Translations under genes and position numbers: made by a program
The notes under the pieces: generated by a model
What the model saw: only the letters and a program-made list of their open reading frames with translations
Databases searched by the model: none
What the model was told of the DNA's origin: nothing
Shown here: positions 30,077 to 44,988 of the stretch, one piece after another
How positions within the stretch are numbered: the first letter of the stretch is position 1
How the letters are laid out: every line of letters begins with the position of its first letter
Source of the DNA: Polynucleobacter sp.
GTDB taxonomy: Bacteria; Pseudomonadota; Gammaproteobacteria; Burkholderiales; Burkholderiaceae
Reading direction: 5' to 3'
NCBI GenBank assembly: GCA_030696845.1
Contig: JAUYRJ010000081.1
Coordinates: forward strand, 3,919-67,918
DNA: 64,000 nucleotides

Positions 30077-31372
30077 TTATTTCAAACGCACAAATGCTTT
30101 TTTAGATGCGGTAATAATTTCATCGAGTACGGCATTGTCATGCGCGATCGACGTAAAACCCGCCTCATAGGCTGATGGCGCCAAGTAGACGCCTTCATCC
30201 AGCATCGCATGAAAGAACACCTTAAATGCATCGATATTGCTTTTGGTTACCGCATCAAATGAGGTGGGGACTTGATCGGTAAAGTAAAAACCAAACATAC
30301 CGCCTACACTGTCAGTGGAAAATGGAATGCCCGCTTCATTGGCCGCTTGCTGCAGGCCTGCCATCAGCTTCGTGGTTTGACCACTAAGGCAGTCAAAGAA
30401 ACCATCACGGGAAATAATCTCCAAGGTTTTCATGCCGGCTGCAACTGCTACTGGGTTACCCGAGAGCGTACCCGCCTGATAGACGTTGCCCAAGGGCGCT
30501 AACTTTTGCATGATCTCTTTTTTGCCACCAAAGGCTGCCATGGGCATACCGCCGCCCATCACCTTACCGAGGCAAGTTAGGTCTGGGGTGATGCCTTGCA
30601 GGCTTTGCGCGCCGCCCAGCGCCACCCGAAAGCCTGTCATCACTTCGTCGTAAATCAAAACGCTGCCGTGGTGCTGGGTTAACTTCCGGATTGCCGCCAA
30701 AAAATCGGGCTTGGCTTTAATGAGGTTCATGTTTCCAGCAATCGGCTCAATGATCACCGCTGCAATCTGATCACCATGCAATTTAAAGGTTTCTTCAATG
30801 GCCGTTGTATCGTTGTAAGGCAACACTAAGGTGTGTTTAACTAAATCTTGCGGAACGCCACCCGATGAGGGCGCATTTTGGGTTGAATCGGCAAAGGTGA
30901 GCAAACCCGAGCCCGCTTTGACTAAGAGGCTATCGGCATGGCCGTGATAGCAGCCTTCAAACTTAATAATCAAATCGCGTCCGGTATAGCCACGGGCTAA
31001 ACGCAGAGCGCTCATGGTTGCCTCGGTCCCACTCGATACCATCCGAATTTGTTCAACACTGGGCATAATGGCGCAAATGCGCTCGGCCAACTCGATTTCA
31101 CCGACGGTAGGCGCGCCATAGCTAAAACTGAGCTCAGCCGCTTTCTGCACAGCCTCAACCACTTCTGGATTGGCGTGGCCCGCAATCATCGGACCCCACG
31201 ACATGATTAAGTCAACGTAACGTTTATCTTCAATATCCCAAAAGTGCGGGCCTAGTGCCTTCTTAATAAAACGCGGAGCGCCGCCCACCTGACGAAAAGC
31301 CCGAACGGGGGAGTTCACTCCGCCTGGAATGGTTTGTTGCGCGCGCTCGAATACGGTTTCGTTTAGGCCCAT
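30077..31372 (-). CDS. hemL: Glutamate-1-semialdehyde 2,1-aminomutase
   Basis: [28 protein letters not shown] and GTLSGNPVA motifs. Confidence 0.97.
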   Translation of the reverse strand: MGLNETVFERAQQTIPGGVNSPVRAFRQVGGAPRFIKKALGPHFWDIEDKRYVDLIMSWGPMIAGHANPEVVEAVQKAAELSFSYGAPTVGEIELAERICAIMPSVEQIRMVSSGTEATMSALRLARGYTGRDLIIKFEGCYHGHADSLLVKAGSGLLTFADSTQNAPSSGGVPQDLVKHTLVLPYNDTTAIEETFKLHGDQIAAVIIEPIAGNMNLIKAKPDFLAAIRKLTQHHGSVLIYDEVMTGFRVALGGAQSLQGITPDLTCLGKVMGGGMPMAAFGGKKEIMQKLAPLGNVYQAGTLSGNPVAVAAGMKTLEIISRDGFFDCLSGQTTKLMAGLQQAANEAGIPFSTDSVGGMFGFYFTDQVPTSFDAVTKSNIDAFKVFFHAMLDEGVYLAPSAYEAGFTSIAHDNAVLDEIITASKKAFVRLK

Positions 31373-31412
31373 GTGCTGTTCATCCGCTCTGTTTAGTTTT
31401 TTACGTTAGCAA

Positions 31413-31583
31413 TTAAATTGCCATCATCTCAAAATCGTCTTTACGCGCGCCACACTCCGGACAAGTCCAGTTAATGGGCACATCTTTCCACAGTGTTCCT
31501 GGCGCAATCCCTTCATCTGGAAGACCGGCGGCTTCATCGTATACCCAGCCACAAATGAGGCACATATAGGTTTTAAATTCCAT
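31413..31583 (-). CDS. Rubredoxin (56 aa)
   Basis: Below the ORF-track cutoff. Hand translation: MEFKTYMCLICGWVYDEAAGLPDEGIAPGTLWKDVPINWTCPECGARKDDFEMMAI, with two CxxC motifs. Confidence 0.95.
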   Translation of the reverse strand: MEFKTYMCLICGWVYDEAAGLPDEGIAPGTLWKDVPINWTCPECGARKDDFEMMAI

Positions 31584-31742
31584 TGCGTTTTATCTTTCTT
31601 TGCTCAGCTCTATTTTTACGATTTCTAATTTTAATGCTGAATATCAACTCAATTCCGCTGGTGACGACATCCATTTTTTTCTATCGATATGGGTTCGCTG
31701 ACTCAAGGCAAGCTCAATTGAGGTTAATATCAACTTCTGCAT

Positions 31743-31949
31743 TTACCACGTCCTCACATCATCGCACCACAGCCCATGGCGTTCAAACTGTGTGCTTTGC
31801 TCTTTAATCCAATGCTTGTAATCCGACTCAAATTGCTGAGTGGAAAAAATGATGGTATCGCTGCGAGCATCTTTTTTAATCCACATGGGTTCTATTTTGG
31901 CACCTGCACCAATGCCCCCAAGTAGCTTAAGCTTACCCATCTTAGTCAT
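31743..31949 (-). CDS. Small hypothetical protein with a CcdA-like C-terminal motif
   Basis: 68-aa ORF in an operon-like position after the THUMP gene, ending W...Q...FERHGLWCDDVRTW. Confidence 0.55.
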   Translation of the reverse strand: MTKMGKLKLLGGIGAGAKIEPMWIKKDARSDTIIFSTQQFESDYKHWIKEQSTQFERHGLWCDDVRTW

Positions 31950-31979
31950 TTTAATGAAAGCACTTAGCCCCTGTCCTAG

Positions 31980-33479
31980 CTAAGCTGGCTTGCCAGAAGA
32001 ATCCAAACGCTCCGCTTTGGAGCGCATTTCAAAGCGGAACAAGCGGCATTCGAGTGGGCCATTAAAGAGTGGAGTCCGGCGTGACTCTTTGATGCGCAAT
32101 TGACCTGGTAAGGCCATATCGGCCGTCAAGATAAACACATGCCAGCCGCCAAACGCGTCTTTAAGATGCTGCCCAAACTGCTTCATAAACTCTAAAAACG
32201 CGGGATCCATTTCTTCTTCGGCTTGCAGGCGTTTTAAAGACTCGCGGCTCGAGCGCTTGGCGCTTTGGCGTCCGGTTTCAATGGTGTGGCTGTATGGATC
32301 CGCATCCTCACCGTAGCCCTCATCATCATAAGAGTCCTGAGCGCGATCGCGATCATCGCCCCGGCCGCCTTTAATGCCTAGGCGCTGTCCGTAGGGGGGG
32401 TTAAGCAGGGCCAATCCGGGCAAGCCCGCTCCCGATGCATCACTCGCAATTACCGGCGGCTTGGCCGCTAAGGCATCGACCTGACGCACCACAGGCAAAC
32501 CGGGTAGCTGCGCGCGCTGCCAGTTGGATTTAGTCATTGAGACGAGTTTTTCATTAATGTCGCTACCGCTGATGCGCAAGGACTGGGCATCTGGATATGC
32601 CTGGCGGCGTTCCATCATTTCTGCCACAACAGCATCCTTTAAGGCTTGCCATTTCTTCTGTTCCGCTCCAGCTATGTATGGCTTTAAACGCAAAAATCCA
32701 AAGCCATGCACCGAGGTCACCAACGGACGGTAAGCTAAACGGCTGGGCGTCGCTTCCTTTCCTGACTCGTCATATAAACCCGCCCGAATCGCTCCCGGCG
32801 GAATACCCATGGCGATCTGCGCTGCTTCAATTAGAAACGTGCCGCTACCGCACATCGGATCAAATAAGGGCTGCTTCGGCTGCCAGCCTGTGAGCGCCAA
32901 AATACCGGCAGCGAGGTTTTCTTTTAAAGGGGCGTCGCCTTTTTCATCACGCCAGCCGCGCTTAAACAAGGCCTCACCCGAGGTATCTAAATAAATCGAT
33001 ACATGGGTGGCGGTTAAATGGGCCTGTACCCGCACATCCGGAAAGGCCGTATCGATCGAAGGGCGATCCCCCGAGACCTCACGCAGGCGATCCACAATCG
33101 CATCTTTGATTTTTAAGGTCGCAAAGTTCAAACTCTTAAGTGGCGAGCGATGCGCCGTGACATCCACTCGCAAGGTTTGTTTGTGACTAAACCACTCTTC
33201 CCAGGCTAGGCCATGGGCTAAGCGATATAAATCATCTTCCTGACGGTAAGTCGACTCGGCCATTTGCAAGAGCACACGACTAGCAATGCGCGAATGGAGA
33301 TTGAGCGCCATCGCCGCCGACAGCGGACCCGCCAAACCCACGCCACCCGTAGGGCTGGTTGGCGTTGGATCCATCACCCAAACGCCCTGGGCTTTTACCT
33401 CGGGGCGCTCGGCAATCTGTTTTAACTCATGGGCTAAAACCGTTTCCAATCCGCCAGGGCACACCACAAAAAATCGCAT
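31980..33479 (-). CDS. THUMP-domain class I SAM-dependent RNA methyltransferase (RlmL N-terminal-like)
   Basis: FFVVCPGGLE..L..EL, APLKENLAAGIL, DPMCGSGTFLIEAA and NPPYG motifs. Confidence 0.9.
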   Translation of the reverse strand: MRFFVVCPGGLETVLAHELKQIAERPEVKAQGVWVMDPTPTSPTGGVGLAGPLSAAMALNLHSRIASRVLLQMAESTYRQEDDLYRLAHGLAWEEWFSHKQTLRVDVTAHRSPLKSLNFATLKIKDAIVDRLREVSGDRPSIDTAFPDVRVQAHLTATHVSIYLDTSGEALFKRGWRDEKGDAPLKENLAAGILALTGWQPKQPLFDPMCGSGTFLIEAAQIAMGIPPGAIRAGLYDESGKEATPSRLAYRPLVTSVHGFGFLRLKPYIAGAEQKKWQALKDAVVAEMMERRQAYPDAQSLRISGSDINEKLVSMTKSNWQRAQLPGLPVVRQVDALAAKPPVIASDASGAGLPGLALLNPPYGQRLGIKGGRGDDRDRAQDSYDDEGYGEDADPYSHTIETGRQSAKRSSRESLKRLQAEEEMDPAFLEFMKQFGQHLKDAFGGWHVFILTADMALPGQLRIKESRRTPLFNGPLECRLFRFEMRSKAERLDSSGKPA

Positions 33480-33524
33480 GAAAAAAGCCTAAAAAAATAA
33501 AAAGGGAAATCAATACCAACTTGC

Positions 33525-33950
33525 TTAAGGCTTAATCACAACCAAGGCGGTAATAATCACCAGCAGCACGACGGGCACTTCATTGAACCACCGAAACCAA
33601 ATATGGCTGCGTTTGTTTTTACCTGCCCGGAATTTTTTGAGCAAGGTATAGCAGGAATGGTGGTAACCCAAAATGATCAGCACAAAAAGCAGTTTGGGAT
33701 GCATCCAACCCGCGCCGCGGCCAATGCCAAAGTGGAGCCACAACACGACACCCAACACCACTGCCGGCACCATCAGAATCGTCATGAACCGAAAGAGTCG
33801 ATCGGCCATACCCAGTAAGCGGGCATTGACTTCCGGATTGGTCTCTTGCGCCATATTGACAAAAATGCGCGGCAAGTAAAAAAGCCCGGCAAACCACGAA
33901 GCCACTAAAACAATGTGAAATGTTTTCGTCCAAAGATACGCATCACCCAT
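33525..33950 (-). CDS. hemJ: Protoporphyrinogen IX oxidase HemJ (CopD/UPF0093 family)
   Basis: YLWTKTFHIVLVASWFAGLFYLPRIFV and FRWFNEVP motifs. Confidence 0.88.
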   Translation of the reverse strand: MGDAYLWTKTFHIVLVASWFAGLFYLPRIFVNMAQETNPEVNARLLGMADRLFRFMTILMVPAVVLGVVLWLHFGIGRGAGWMHPKLLFVLIILGYHHSCYTLLKKFRAGKNKRSHIWFRWFNEVPVVLLVIITALVVIKP

Positions 33951-34024
33951 TTTTTACCCTTTGCTTGTTTGCATTCCGGCACGATTGCCTGAATGCGCTT
34001 CATTTACTTCATCTGTTTGACTGA

Positions 34025-35302
34025 CTAGGTCCGTATTTCTCCATGCCCCATCACAATGTATTTGAGTGAGGTTAAACCATCCAAACCGACGGGGCCACGC
34101 GCATGCAGCTTGTCATTCGAGATACCAATTTCCGCACCGAGACCGTATTCAAAACCATCCGCAAAGCGGGTGCTGGTATTGACCATCACGCTGGCACTAT
34201 CGACTTCGCGCAAGAAACGGTCCGCTGTCGCCGCATTGGTCGTAATGATGGCATCGGTATGTTTACTACCATAGCGCTCAATGTGATCCATGGCTTCGTC
34301 AAGCGAGCCCACGGTCTTAATCGACAAAATCGGGGCAAGGTATTCGGTTTTCCAATCGTCTTCTGTTGCATCCACCAGATTCTGAAAACCGGCTAACTCA
34401 AGAGTGGCGCGGGTTTTTGTATCCACCCGCAGCTCAACCCCCTTGTCTTGGTAGATCTTGCACAAGCGCGGCAAGACCGCGGCAGCAATCGCTTCATGCA
34501 CCAGCAAGGTCTCCATCGCATTGCACGGCGCATAGCGCTGCGTCTTGGCGTTATCGCAGACTGTAATGGCGAGATCCATATCCGCATCCTGATCTATAAA
34601 GGTGTGGCAAATGCCATCGAGGTGCTTAATCATCGGCACCCTCGCATCGGCCATCAGGCGCGCGATTAAACTTTTTCCACCCCGCGGTACGATCACATCG
34701 ATGTACTCCGTCATGGTGATCATTTCACCGACGGCAGCGCGATCGGTTGTTGTAACGACCTGCACCGCATTAGCGGGCAGCTGCGCCGCAGCCAAACCCT
34801 GCTGAATTAAACCCGCTAAAAGCGTATTGGAATCAATCGCTTCGGAGCCGCCGCGCAAAATCACCGCATTACCTGATTTCAGGCACAAGGCCGCCGCATC
34901 GATGGTCACATTGGGGCGGGATTCATAAATGATGCCAATCACACCCAAAGGAACCCGCATTTGCCCCAGCTCAATACCAGATGCTTGGCGCTTTAAGGGG
35001 CTGATTTTGCCAATCGGATCTTCCAAGCGAGCGATTTGCTCTAAACCCAAGGCCATCGACTCCACGGTTTTCGCGGTCATGGTCAGGCGATCAATAAAGG
35101 CCGCATCATGGCCGCTTTTTTTAGCGCGCTCCACATCGATCTGATTGGTTTGCAATATCGGGTCTGCTTGCTCGCGCACCAAACGCGCGATATGCAAGAG
35201 TGCCTGATTCTTCTGTTCGGTAGTCGCGCGCGCCATCGCCCGCGAGGCTACTCTGGCCGCTTTGCCAATCGACTGCATCATCTCGGTTATTGCTGTACTC
35301 AT
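34025..35302 (-). CDS. proA: Gamma-glutamyl phosphate reductase
   Basis: [27 protein letters not shown] and [19 protein letters not shown] motifs. Start placed at MSTAIT. Confidence 0.96.
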   Translation of the reverse strand: MSTAITEMMQSIGKAARVASRAMARATTEQKNQALLHIARLVREQADPILQTNQIDVERAKKSGHDAAFIDRLTMTAKTVESMALGLEQIARLEDPIGKISPLKRQASGIELGQMRVPLGVIGIIYESRPNVTIDAAALCLKSGNAVILRGGSEAIDSNTLLAGLIQQGLAAAQLPANAVQVVTTTDRAAVGEMITMTEYIDVIVPRGGKSLIARLMADARVPMIKHLDGICHTFIDQDADMDLAITVCDNAKTQRYAPCNAMETLLVHEAIAAAVLPRLCKIYQDKGVELRVDTKTRATLELAGFQNLVDATEDDWKTEYLAPILSIKTVGSLDEAMDHIERYGSKHTDAIITTNAATADRFLREVDSASVMVNTSTRFADGFEYGLGAEIGISNDKLHARGPVGLDGLTSLKYIVMGHGEIRT

Positions 35303-35325
35303 ATTTGCTCTATCACTCTGTTTTT

Positions 35326-36387
35326 CTATCTCAACAAGCTGCCCACCAAACGCAGACCATCCCACGGATCGGCTGGTAATTCAGCAGCCGATAAACCCTT
35401 GGCTTGCCGATCTAAGCCTGCCGCGACTTGCATCGCGCGGCGCAATTTGGCAGGGTTAATCCGGCGTAGCGCATTCGGATACAACTTCTCTTTATTGCCC
35501 CAAATGCGATTGGCGCGCATCAGCTGCTGCACTGACTCGCCGCGGTCGCTCGCATCCTTGATCTTCGATAGTATCCGAAGCTCCTCGGTTACGCTCCAGA
35601 GCACTAAAGGCAATGGCTCTCCCTCACCCTTAAGGCCATCAAGCATGCGGTTTAAACGGGCTAAATCGCCTGTCAGCATGGATTCGGTTAACTGGAATAC
35701 ATCGTAGCGCGCTACCTTCAAAATCGATTCCCGAATGTGCGCCTCACTCAGAACGCCCTGGGGATACAGTAAGCCCAGTTTCTGGATTTCTTGATGGGCA
35801 GCAATCAAATTACCCTCGACTTGATTCGCAAAAAATTCAAGTGCTTCTTGACCTGCCGATCCAGACTCTACGGATTGCCCTTGTTGTTTCAGACGCTGCA
35901 AAATCCAGTGCGGCAAATGACTGCGATCAATCGAGTCAATCTGCACCGCTATCGATGCGTCTTCTAAGGCGCTAAACCAGGCCGAGGCTTTGGTTTTGCC
36001 ATCGAGTTTGGGCAGCACAATGCACACGATCGTATCGGGGCCATCTTGACCGGGGGATTGCGCTTCGATTTGAGCGGCAAATTGCTTTAAGGCTTCAGCA
36101 CCATCGCGGCCCGGCTTGCCCGTCGGAATGCGCAACTCCAACCAGCGCTTATCGCCAAACAAGGACATGGTTTGCCCAGCCGAGAGCAATTCGGACCAAT
36201 CAAAATAGCGTTCATGCACCAAGACTTCGCGCTCGGTATAGCCCAGTTTCTTGGCCGCCGCGCGCAATTGATCCATCAGCTCCATCATCAGTAAGGGCTC
36301 ATCCCCGCAAAACACATACACGGGAGATAGCGCTAGGCTAGACTGAAGGCTGCTGATGTGCGCTTGTAGCGCATCACTGGTCATCAT
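35326..36387 (-). CDS. holA: DNA polymerase III subunit delta
   Basis: [19 protein letters not shown] and [17 protein letters not shown] motifs; leuS-lptE-holA synteny. Confidence 0.93.
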   Translation of the reverse strand: MMTSDALQAHISSLQSSLALSPVYVFCGDEPLLMMELMDQLRAAAKKLGYTEREVLVHERYFDWSELLSAGQTMSLFGDKRWLELRIPTGKPGRDGAEALKQFAAQIEAQSPGQDGPDTIVCIVLPKLDGKTKASAWFSALEDASIAVQIDSIDRSHLPHWILQRLKQQGQSVESGSAGQEALEFFANQVEGNLIAAHQEIQKLGLLYPQGVLSEAHIRESILKVARYDVFQLTESMLTGDLARLNRMLDGLKGEGEPLPLVLWSVTEELRILSKIKDASDRGESVQQLMRANRIWGNKEKLYPNALRRINPAKLRRAMQVAAGLDRQAKGLSAAELPADPWDGLRLVGSLLR

Positions 36388-36407
36388 GGAATCAAGCGCG
36401 AAACCAA

Positions 36408-36986
36408 TTACGGTTTACCCATTGGCATGGTATTGCCGCCAGAAGCAGGGGCTCTGGGTTTGGCCGCAGCAGACACGCGGCGCAGAATTTGCAAGGACAA
36501 ATCAGTCCGCATCGCATTGGTAAATTGCGCTTGCTGCACATCGGTAGCTAGAACGGTCGAGACGGAGAAGTCCATATCGCGCGTCACGTAAATCTCCGAC
36601 TCGGGAACAATATCGACGCCATTTTGATCGGATGCTCTAAATGCCACCCGAGAGTTCAAACGGTAAGCAGAGATCTGACCATTGGCGTTATAAGCCAAAA
36701 TCTCACGGCTATTTTGTTCGCTGATGATCTCTAAAATCAAATCCGCATCTTTGGGATTGTTGGCTACCTTCGAATCGCTGCCCGTCAAAATAATCATCTC
36801 TAAGTCAGAGCGCAGCGGCGGCGATGGATTACCCGTAATCGCAATGACCTTGTACGGAATGGATACCGAGCCACGCAACTTAAAACCACAGGCCGACAAA
36901 AGCACTGGCAAGGCAACAAGAGCGCCTAAGCAGGTTCTGCGCCCTGCACTAGGCAGGTGCTGATTAAAGCTAGAGCTCAGTTTCAT
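36408..36986 (-). CDS. lptE: LPS assembly lipoprotein LptE
   Basis: Lipobox LSACGFKLRG and position between leuS and holA. Confidence 0.9.
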   Translation of the reverse strand: MKLSSSFNQHLPSAGRRTCLGALVALPVLLSACGFKLRGSVSIPYKVIAITGNPSPPLRSDLEMIILTGSDSKVANNPKDADLILEIISEQNSREILAYNANGQISAYRLNSRVAFRASDQNGVDIVPESEIYVTRDMDFSVSTVLATDVQQAQFTNAMRTDLSLQILRRVSAAAKPRAPASGGNTMPMGKP

Positions 36987-37031
36987 GGCAGGCTCGCTTA
37001 TCTTGGGGTTGATGAAGGCATCTTGAATCCA

Positions 37032-39776
<2,745 letters not shown>

Positions 39777-39802
39777 TTATGTCTTGGCGTTTTTTTAAAT
39801 GC

Positions 39803-40603
39803 TTACGAGCGCAGACCCAGAACATCTTGCATATCAAAAAGGCCGGTGGTTTTGTTCTCTAAAAAACGCGCGGCCCGAATCGAACCCTGCGCGTAAGACT
39901 GACGGCTAGACGATTTATGGCTAATCTCAATGCGCTCGCCTTCGCCTGCGAAAAGCACGGTGTGATCACCCACGATATCGCCGCCCCGAATCGTGGCAAA
40001 ACCAATCGAGCCGGCCTTGCGCTCGCCGGTATGGCCTTCACGCGCGTAAACCGCGACATCCTGCAGCGACTGACCCAAGGCGCCTGCAATGACCTCTCCC
40101 ATTTTCAGAGCGGTACCCGAGGGTGCATCGACTTTGTGACGGTGGTGCGCTTCAACGATTTCAATGTCGTAACCGGTATCCAGCATCTTGGCTGCGACCT
40201 CTAATAATTTTAGGGTCACATTGACGCCCACACTCATATTGGGCGCAAACACGATCGCCATTTTTGAGGATGCTGTTTTCAGCTCCGCAATCTGCTCTGC
40301 GCTTAAGCCGGTGGTGCCAATAATCATCTTGACGCCCTGCTTTGCGCACGCGGCCAAATGCACCATCGTACCTTCTGGTCTTGTGAAGTCTATTAAATAA
40401 TCGGCATCGCGCAGACCATGCGCCAAATCGGCAGTGATAAGAACGCCGGTCTTTTTACCCAAAAAGGCGCCGGCATCCTCGCCTAATACAGGACAAGTTG
40501 CGTGATCAAGCGCGCCGACTAAGCTAGCGTCAGGCAATTGCAATACGGCCTCGATCAGCATTTTGCCCATTCGGCCACTCGCTCCTGCGATTGCGATTTT
40601 CAT
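39803..40603 (-). CDS. dapB: 4-hydroxy-tetrahydrodipicolinate reductase
   Basis: [12 protein letters not shown] and [15 protein letters not shown] motifs. Confidence 0.97.
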   Translation of the reverse strand: MKIAIAGASGRMGKMLIEAVLQLPDASLVGALDHATCPVLGEDAGAFLGKKTGVLITADLAHGLRDADYLIDFTRPEGTMVHLAACAKQGVKMIIGTTGLSAEQIAELKTASSKMAIVFAPNMSVGVNVTLKLLEVAAKMLDTGYDIEIVEAHHRHKVDAPSGTALKMGEVIAGALGQSLQDVAVYAREGHTGERKAGSIGFATIRGGDIVGDHTVLFAGEGERIEISHKSSSRQSYAQGSIRAARFLENKTTGLFDMQDVLGLRS

Positions 40604-40674
40604 AATCTCACTCTTTACTTGATAGCGGTTTACTTACGTTCAACACGTGGAATGCGGTTACGCATACACCCTTA

Positions 40675-41268
40675 TTACTTGACGGGCGTGACGATTGGCC
40701 CACCTGGCTTGCTCGGTATCAATACTTCAGGCTGTTGCAGGGGCGGCGTTACAGGCGGTTTATTTTGACCGGTAATAATGTCCCAAAACGAGCGCTTGTT
40801 CTTAGCGTAGTTATCGATCTCCGCCACCAGCTCTACCTCGGTTGGCAAGGCATCGCCATTGAACTTCGTGACTTTATCGCCCTCAAAAAATACCGTCACG
40901 CGGCGCTCTTTGCTGATTTTTTCATTAAGGCGTTTGAACTCAAACACGTAGTCCCAGCGATTGGCGTGAAAGTAACTGGCGAGTAAAGGGGTACCTAAAA
41001 TTTGGCGGACTTGTTCACGGCTCATACCGACTTGCAACTTAGCGTATTGCTCACTGGAAATAAAATTCCCCTGAACGATGTCAGGGACATACGGCCGGAA
41101 GATGCTATTCATCATCGTGCGCTGCGTATCGTCCACCGTAGTGGAACAACCGGTCACCGCAACCGCGCCCGCACAGGTCAAGGCAATAGCAAAGGGCTTG
41201 TAAAACCGCGCGAAAGCGATCAAGCAGTCCTGTAAAACGCGTTCAATCCGTAAAAGACAATTTTGCAT
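40675..41268 (-). CDS. bamE: Outer membrane protein assembly factor BamE
   Basis: Lipobox VTGC, PYVPDIVQGN, GMSREQVRQILGTPL and RWDYVF motifs; divergent from fur. Start is approximate. Confidence 0.9.
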   Translation of the reverse strand: MQNCLLRIERVLQDCLIAFARFYKPFAIALTCAGAVAVTGCSTTVDDTQRTMMNSIFRPYVPDIVQGNFISSEQYAKLQVGMSREQVRQILGTPLLASYFHANRWDYVFEFKRLNEKISKERRVTVFFEGDKVTKFNGDALPTEVELVAEIDNYAKNKRSFWDIITGQNKPPVTPPLQQPEVLIPSKPGGPIVTPVK

Positions 41269-41316
41269 AGCTGGCCGTATCATTAAGGTCTTGATTTTAG
41301 CCCTCAAAGCATACCC

Positions 41317-41766
41317 ATGATCCAAAACCCATCGCCAGCCGACTTACGGGATATTGGCCTCAAAGCCACCGCCCCCCGCTTAAAAATCCTCGATTTTTTT
41401 CATCAGCATCCTGGGGCCCACTTTAGCGCCGAAGAAATCTTCATGGCCATGGCAAAAGAAGACAAAGACATCGGTTTAGCCACGGTTTACCGCGTTCTCA
41501 CGCAATTTGAGCAGGCCGGCCTCTTGCTGCGCAGCCATTTTGAGTCCAGCAAGGGTGATAGCCGGGCGATTTACGAGCTGAATGAGGGGACGCACCATGA
41601 CCACCTGGTTTGCCTCGATTGCGGCCATGTCGAGGAGTTTGTTGACCCTGCGATCGAGCGGCGCCAAAAAGAAATCGCCAAATCCCTGGGTTTTGCCCTC
41701 GAAGAGCATGCGTTAGCGATGTACGGGCACTGCCAGAAGAAAAACTGCGCTCACAAACGCAAGTAG
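41317..41766 (+). CDS. fur: Ferric uptake regulator
   Basis: GLKATAPRLKIL, IGLATVYRVLTQFEQAG and HHDHLVC..CG motifs. Confidence 0.96.
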   Translation: MIQNPSPADLRDIGLKATAPRLKILDFFHQHPGAHFSAEEIFMAMAKEDKDIGLATVYRVLTQFEQAGLLLRSHFESSKGDSRAIYELNEGTHHDHLVCLDCGHVEEFVDPAIERRQKEIAKSLGFALEEHALAMYGHCQKKNCAHKRK

Positions 41767-41817
41767 GCTAAATCGGTAAAAAGAGCAAAAACAGCTAAAA
41801 ACGACCGGTTTAGGTGC

Positions 41818-41843
41818 AAAAAAGGGGCTTTTTAGCCCCTTTT
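41818..41843. terminator. Bidirectional intrinsic terminator between the convergent fur and gap genes
   Basis: AAAAAA-GGGGCT-TTT-AGCCCC-TTTTT. Confidence 0.85.
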
Positions 41844-41874
41844 TATCGTTTTATGGCATACGGCCTTAAATCGA

Positions 41875-42900
41875 TCAAACCGCCATCAAGGCCTCGGCCG
41901 CGTTCAGCATCTGCACTGAATAACCCCACTCGTTGTCGTACCAAGAAAGCACCTTAACCAATTTGCCATCCGCAGAAACGCGCGTTTGGCTGGAATCGTA
42001 AATACTCGGGCGGGGATCGTGGTTGAAGTCGATGGAAACCAGTGGCAGGGTATTAAAGCCCAAAATACCCTTGAGCTCGCCTTCGCTGGCTGTTTTGAGG
42101 ATGCTATTGACCTCATCCACGCTGGTGACCCGTTTAGCCACAAAGGTTAAATCGACCACCGATACATTAATCACCGGAACGCGCATCGCAAAGCCATCAA
42201 AACGACCTGCAAGTTCCGGCAAGACCAAACCCACTGCCTTGGCAGCGCCGGTTTTGGTGGGAATCATGCTGCTCACCGCGGAACGCGCGCGGCGCATGTC
42301 CTTGTGATACACATCGGTTAAGACCTGATCGTTGGTAAAGGCGTGAATCGTAGTCATGAGGCCGGATTCGATGCCGATGGCGTCTAACAAGGGTTTGACT
42401 AAGGGCGCCAAACAGTTGGTAGTGCAACTGGCATTCGAGACCACCACATCGGTGGATTTAAGGACCTTCTCGTTCACACCGTAGACGATCGTCGCATCCA
42501 CGTCTTTTTCACCAGGGGCTGAGATCAGTACTTTTTTCGCGCCCTGCTGAATGTGCACTAAGGCTTTTTCTTTGGAGGTAAATTTACCCGAGCACTCGAG
42601 CACTAAATCAACTTGATGCTCGCCCCAAGGGGTTTCGAGCGGATTGCGTGTCGAATACATTTTGATGCGATCGCCGTTCACCACCATATGATCGCCATCG
42701 ACCGTAACCGTACCCGGAAAGCGGCCATGCGCTGAATCGTATTGGGTGAGGTGCGCGTTGATATCAATGTCGCCCATGGCATTAATCGCCACAATTTTGA
42801 TATCGCGTTTTTTAGCGAGGCCCGGCTGATCTTCATACAAGGCGCGTAGCACCATGCGGCCAATTCGGCCATAGCCATTAATTGCAACCCGAATCGTCAT
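41875..42900 (-). CDS. gap: Type I glyceraldehyde-3-phosphate dehydrogenase
   Basis: [23 protein letters not shown] and WYDNEWGYS motifs. Confidence 0.96.
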   Translation of the reverse strand: MTIRVAINGYGRIGRMVLRALYEDQPGLAKKRDIKIVAINAMGDIDINAHLTQYDSAHGRFPGTVTVDGDHMVVNGDRIKMYSTRNPLETPWGEHQVDLVLECSGKFTSKEKALVHIQQGAKKVLISAPGEKDVDATIVYGVNEKVLKSTDVVVSNASCTTNCLAPLVKPLLDAIGIESGLMTTIHAFTNDQVLTDVYHKDMRRARSAVSSMIPTKTGAAKAVGLVLPELAGRFDGFAMRVPVINVSVVDLTFVAKRVTSVDEVNSILKTASEGELKGILGFNTLPLVSIDFNHDPRPSIYDSSQTRVSADGKLVKVLSWYDNEWGYSVQMLNAAEALMAV

Positions 42901-42949
42901 TTTCTTTCCTTGCTCTGTTTTCGATTAATCGCTGATTACCGCATTCTCG

Positions 42950-44944
42950 TTATTTCGCTTGCGCAATGCATTGCTTGATCGTCACACTAATCTGGTCGAC
43001 CGTCAAACCAAAGTGCGCATACAACTGATTGGCTGGCGCTGATTCACCAAACGTATCTACTCCATGCACCGCGGCGCAGCCGTACTTCCACCAGTAATCC
43101 GTCACACCCGCCTCAATCGCGACGCGCGGTAAGCCTGCCGGTAATACGCTGGCTTTGTATTGGATGTCCTGTTGATCAAAGTAAGTCGTTGATGGCATCG
43201 ACACCACACGGATACCAATGCCTTCTTTGGCTAAATGCGCTGCAGTTTGCATGGCTAAACCCACTTCAGAGCCGGTTGCAATGATGACCGCTTTAGCCGC
43301 TTTGCTGGGTTCGTGCACCACATAGCCACCGCGCGCGATGCTCTCGATTTGCTTTTGTGTGCGCGCGATAAATGGGCAATTTTGACGACTAAAAATCAAA
43401 GCGCTTGGTCCGTGCTTACGCTCCAATGCCGCGCCCCACGCCACCGCGCTCTCGGTGGTATCGCAAGGACGCCATACGGCGAGATTGGGTATCAAACGCA
43501 AACTCGATACCTGCTCCACCGACTGGTGGGTTGGACCATCTTCGCCCAAACCAATCGAGTCATGGGTAAAGACAAAAATACTGCGAAGCTTCATCAGCGC
43601 AGCCATGCGGAGCGCATTGCGGCTGTAATCCGAGAAGGTCAAGAAGGTGCCGCCGAACGGAATGTAACCGCCGTGCAGAGCCATGCCATTCATGATGGCG
43701 CTCATCCCGAATTCACGCACACCGTAATTAATGTGATTACCCCACTGCTTGGCGCGCACGGGTTTACATGCGCTCCAATTGGTCAAGTTCGAGCCGGTTA
43801 AATCAGCCGAGCCGCCCATCATTTCTGGTACAGCGGATGCTAAGGCTTCAATGGCATTCTGGCTCGACTTGCGTGTTGCAATCGTCTCTGCTTTCGCTTG
43901 GCACTGCGCTACAAGTGCATGCACCTTTTCTGTAAAGTCCGCTGGTAAATCACCACGCATGCGGCGAATTAACTCCGCAGCCGAGCGGGGATGCGCTTTT
44001 TGATATGCGGCAAAGCGTTCATTCCATGCGTTCTGCAGGGTTTGGCCACGCCCCCGAAAATCCCATGCCAAGTACAAATCGTCTGGAATTTCAAATGGGG
44101 GATGCGTCCAGTTCAAGGCTTTTCGGGTCGCCGCGATTTCCTCGGCGCCTAGCGGAGAGCCATGCACCTTATCACTGCCCGCCATATTGGGTGAGCCCTG
44201 CCCAATGGCAGTCTTACAACAAATCAAAGTAGGCTTATCGCTTTGCTTTGCTCTTGCAATTGCATTCGCAACAGCACCAGCATTGTGACCATCAACTCCG
44301 CGAATCACATTCCAACCATAGGCTTCAAAGCGCTTAGGGGTGTCTTCGTTAAACCAAGAAACCACTTTGCCATCGATGGAGATGCCGTTGTCATCCCACA
44401 GCGCGATGAGTTTATTGAGCTTAAGGGTGCCCGCCAAGGAACACACCTCATGGCTGATGCCCTCCATCAAACAGCCATCGCCCAAAAAAGCGTAGGTGTA
44501 ATGATTTACGACATCATGGCCAGGGCGATTGAATTCTTCAGCGAGTAACTGCTCTGCTAAGGCCATGCCAACCGCATTGGAGATGCCTTGACCCAGCGGA
44601 CCTGTGGTGGTCTCTACGCCCGGCGTAATGCCGTACTCGGGATGACCTGGCGTTTTGCTGTGCAGCTGCCGGAAATTCTTCAGCTCACTCATCGGTAAGT
44701 CGTATCCCGTCAAATGCAAGAGCGCATAGAGCAGCATCGAGCCATGGCCATTGGAGAGCACGAAACGATCGCGATTAATCCAATGCGGGTCGGCGGGATT
44801 GTGATGCAAATGCTGATCCCAGAGGGCTACTGCAATATCGGCCATTCCCATGGGCATACCGGGGTGCCCGGAATTCGCTTGCTGAACCGCGTCCATCGAA
44901 AGTGCGCGAATGGCATTGGCCATGCGGTTTTGTAAATTTGACAT
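42950..44944 (-). CDS. tkt: Transketolase
   Basis: [29 protein letters not shown] and [15 protein letters not shown] motifs. Start placed at MSNLQN. Confidence 0.97.
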   Translation of the reverse strand: MSNLQNRMANAIRALSMDAVQQANSGHPGMPMGMADIAVALWDQHLHHNPADPHWINRDRFVLSNGHGSMLLYALLHLTGYDLPMSELKNFRQLHSKTPGHPEYGITPGVETTTGPLGQGISNAVGMALAEQLLAEEFNRPGHDVVNHYTYAFLGDGCLMEGISHEVCSLAGTLKLNKLIALWDDNGISIDGKVVSWFNEDTPKRFEAYGWNVIRGVDGHNAGAVANAIARAKQSDKPTLICCKTAIGQGSPNMAGSDKVHGSPLGAEEIAATRKALNWTHPPFEIPDDLYLAWDFRGRGQTLQNAWNERFAAYQKAHPRSAAELIRRMRGDLPADFTEKVHALVAQCQAKAETIATRKSSQNAIEALASAVPEMMGGSADLTGSNLTNWSACKPVRAKQWGNHINYGVREFGMSAIMNGMALHGGYIPFGGTFLTFSDYSRNALRMAALMKLRSIFVFTHDSIGLGEDGPTHQSVEQVSSLRLIPNLAVWRPCDTTESAVAWGAALERKHGPSALIFSRQNCPFIARTQKQIESIARGGYVVHEPSKAAKAVIIATGSEVGLAMQTAAHLAKEGIGIRVVSMPSTTYFDQQDIQYKASVLPAGLPRVAIEAGVTDYWWKYGCAAVHGVDTFGESAPANQLYAHFGLTVDQISVTIKQCIAQAK

Positions 44945-44988
44945 CGTAAAAGTGGTCTCGAAGGGATTAAATTGGCTATATTTCGGTA

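Noticed and set aside
31583-31807. 74-aa + strand ORF; also a search for a ccdB remnant here
   Set aside because: Low-complexity AT-rich frame antisense to the real genes; no CcdB-like motif in the minus-strand frame translated.
35108-35707. 199-aa + strand ORF, and the many other antisense or alternate-frame ORFs in the track (e.g. 38637..39173, 43313..43801, 55584..56039)
   Set aside because: Shadows of well-supported genes with no independent motifs.
41270-41316. Possible Fur box in the bamE-fur divergent region
   Set aside because: No match to the GATAATGATAATCATTATC consensus.
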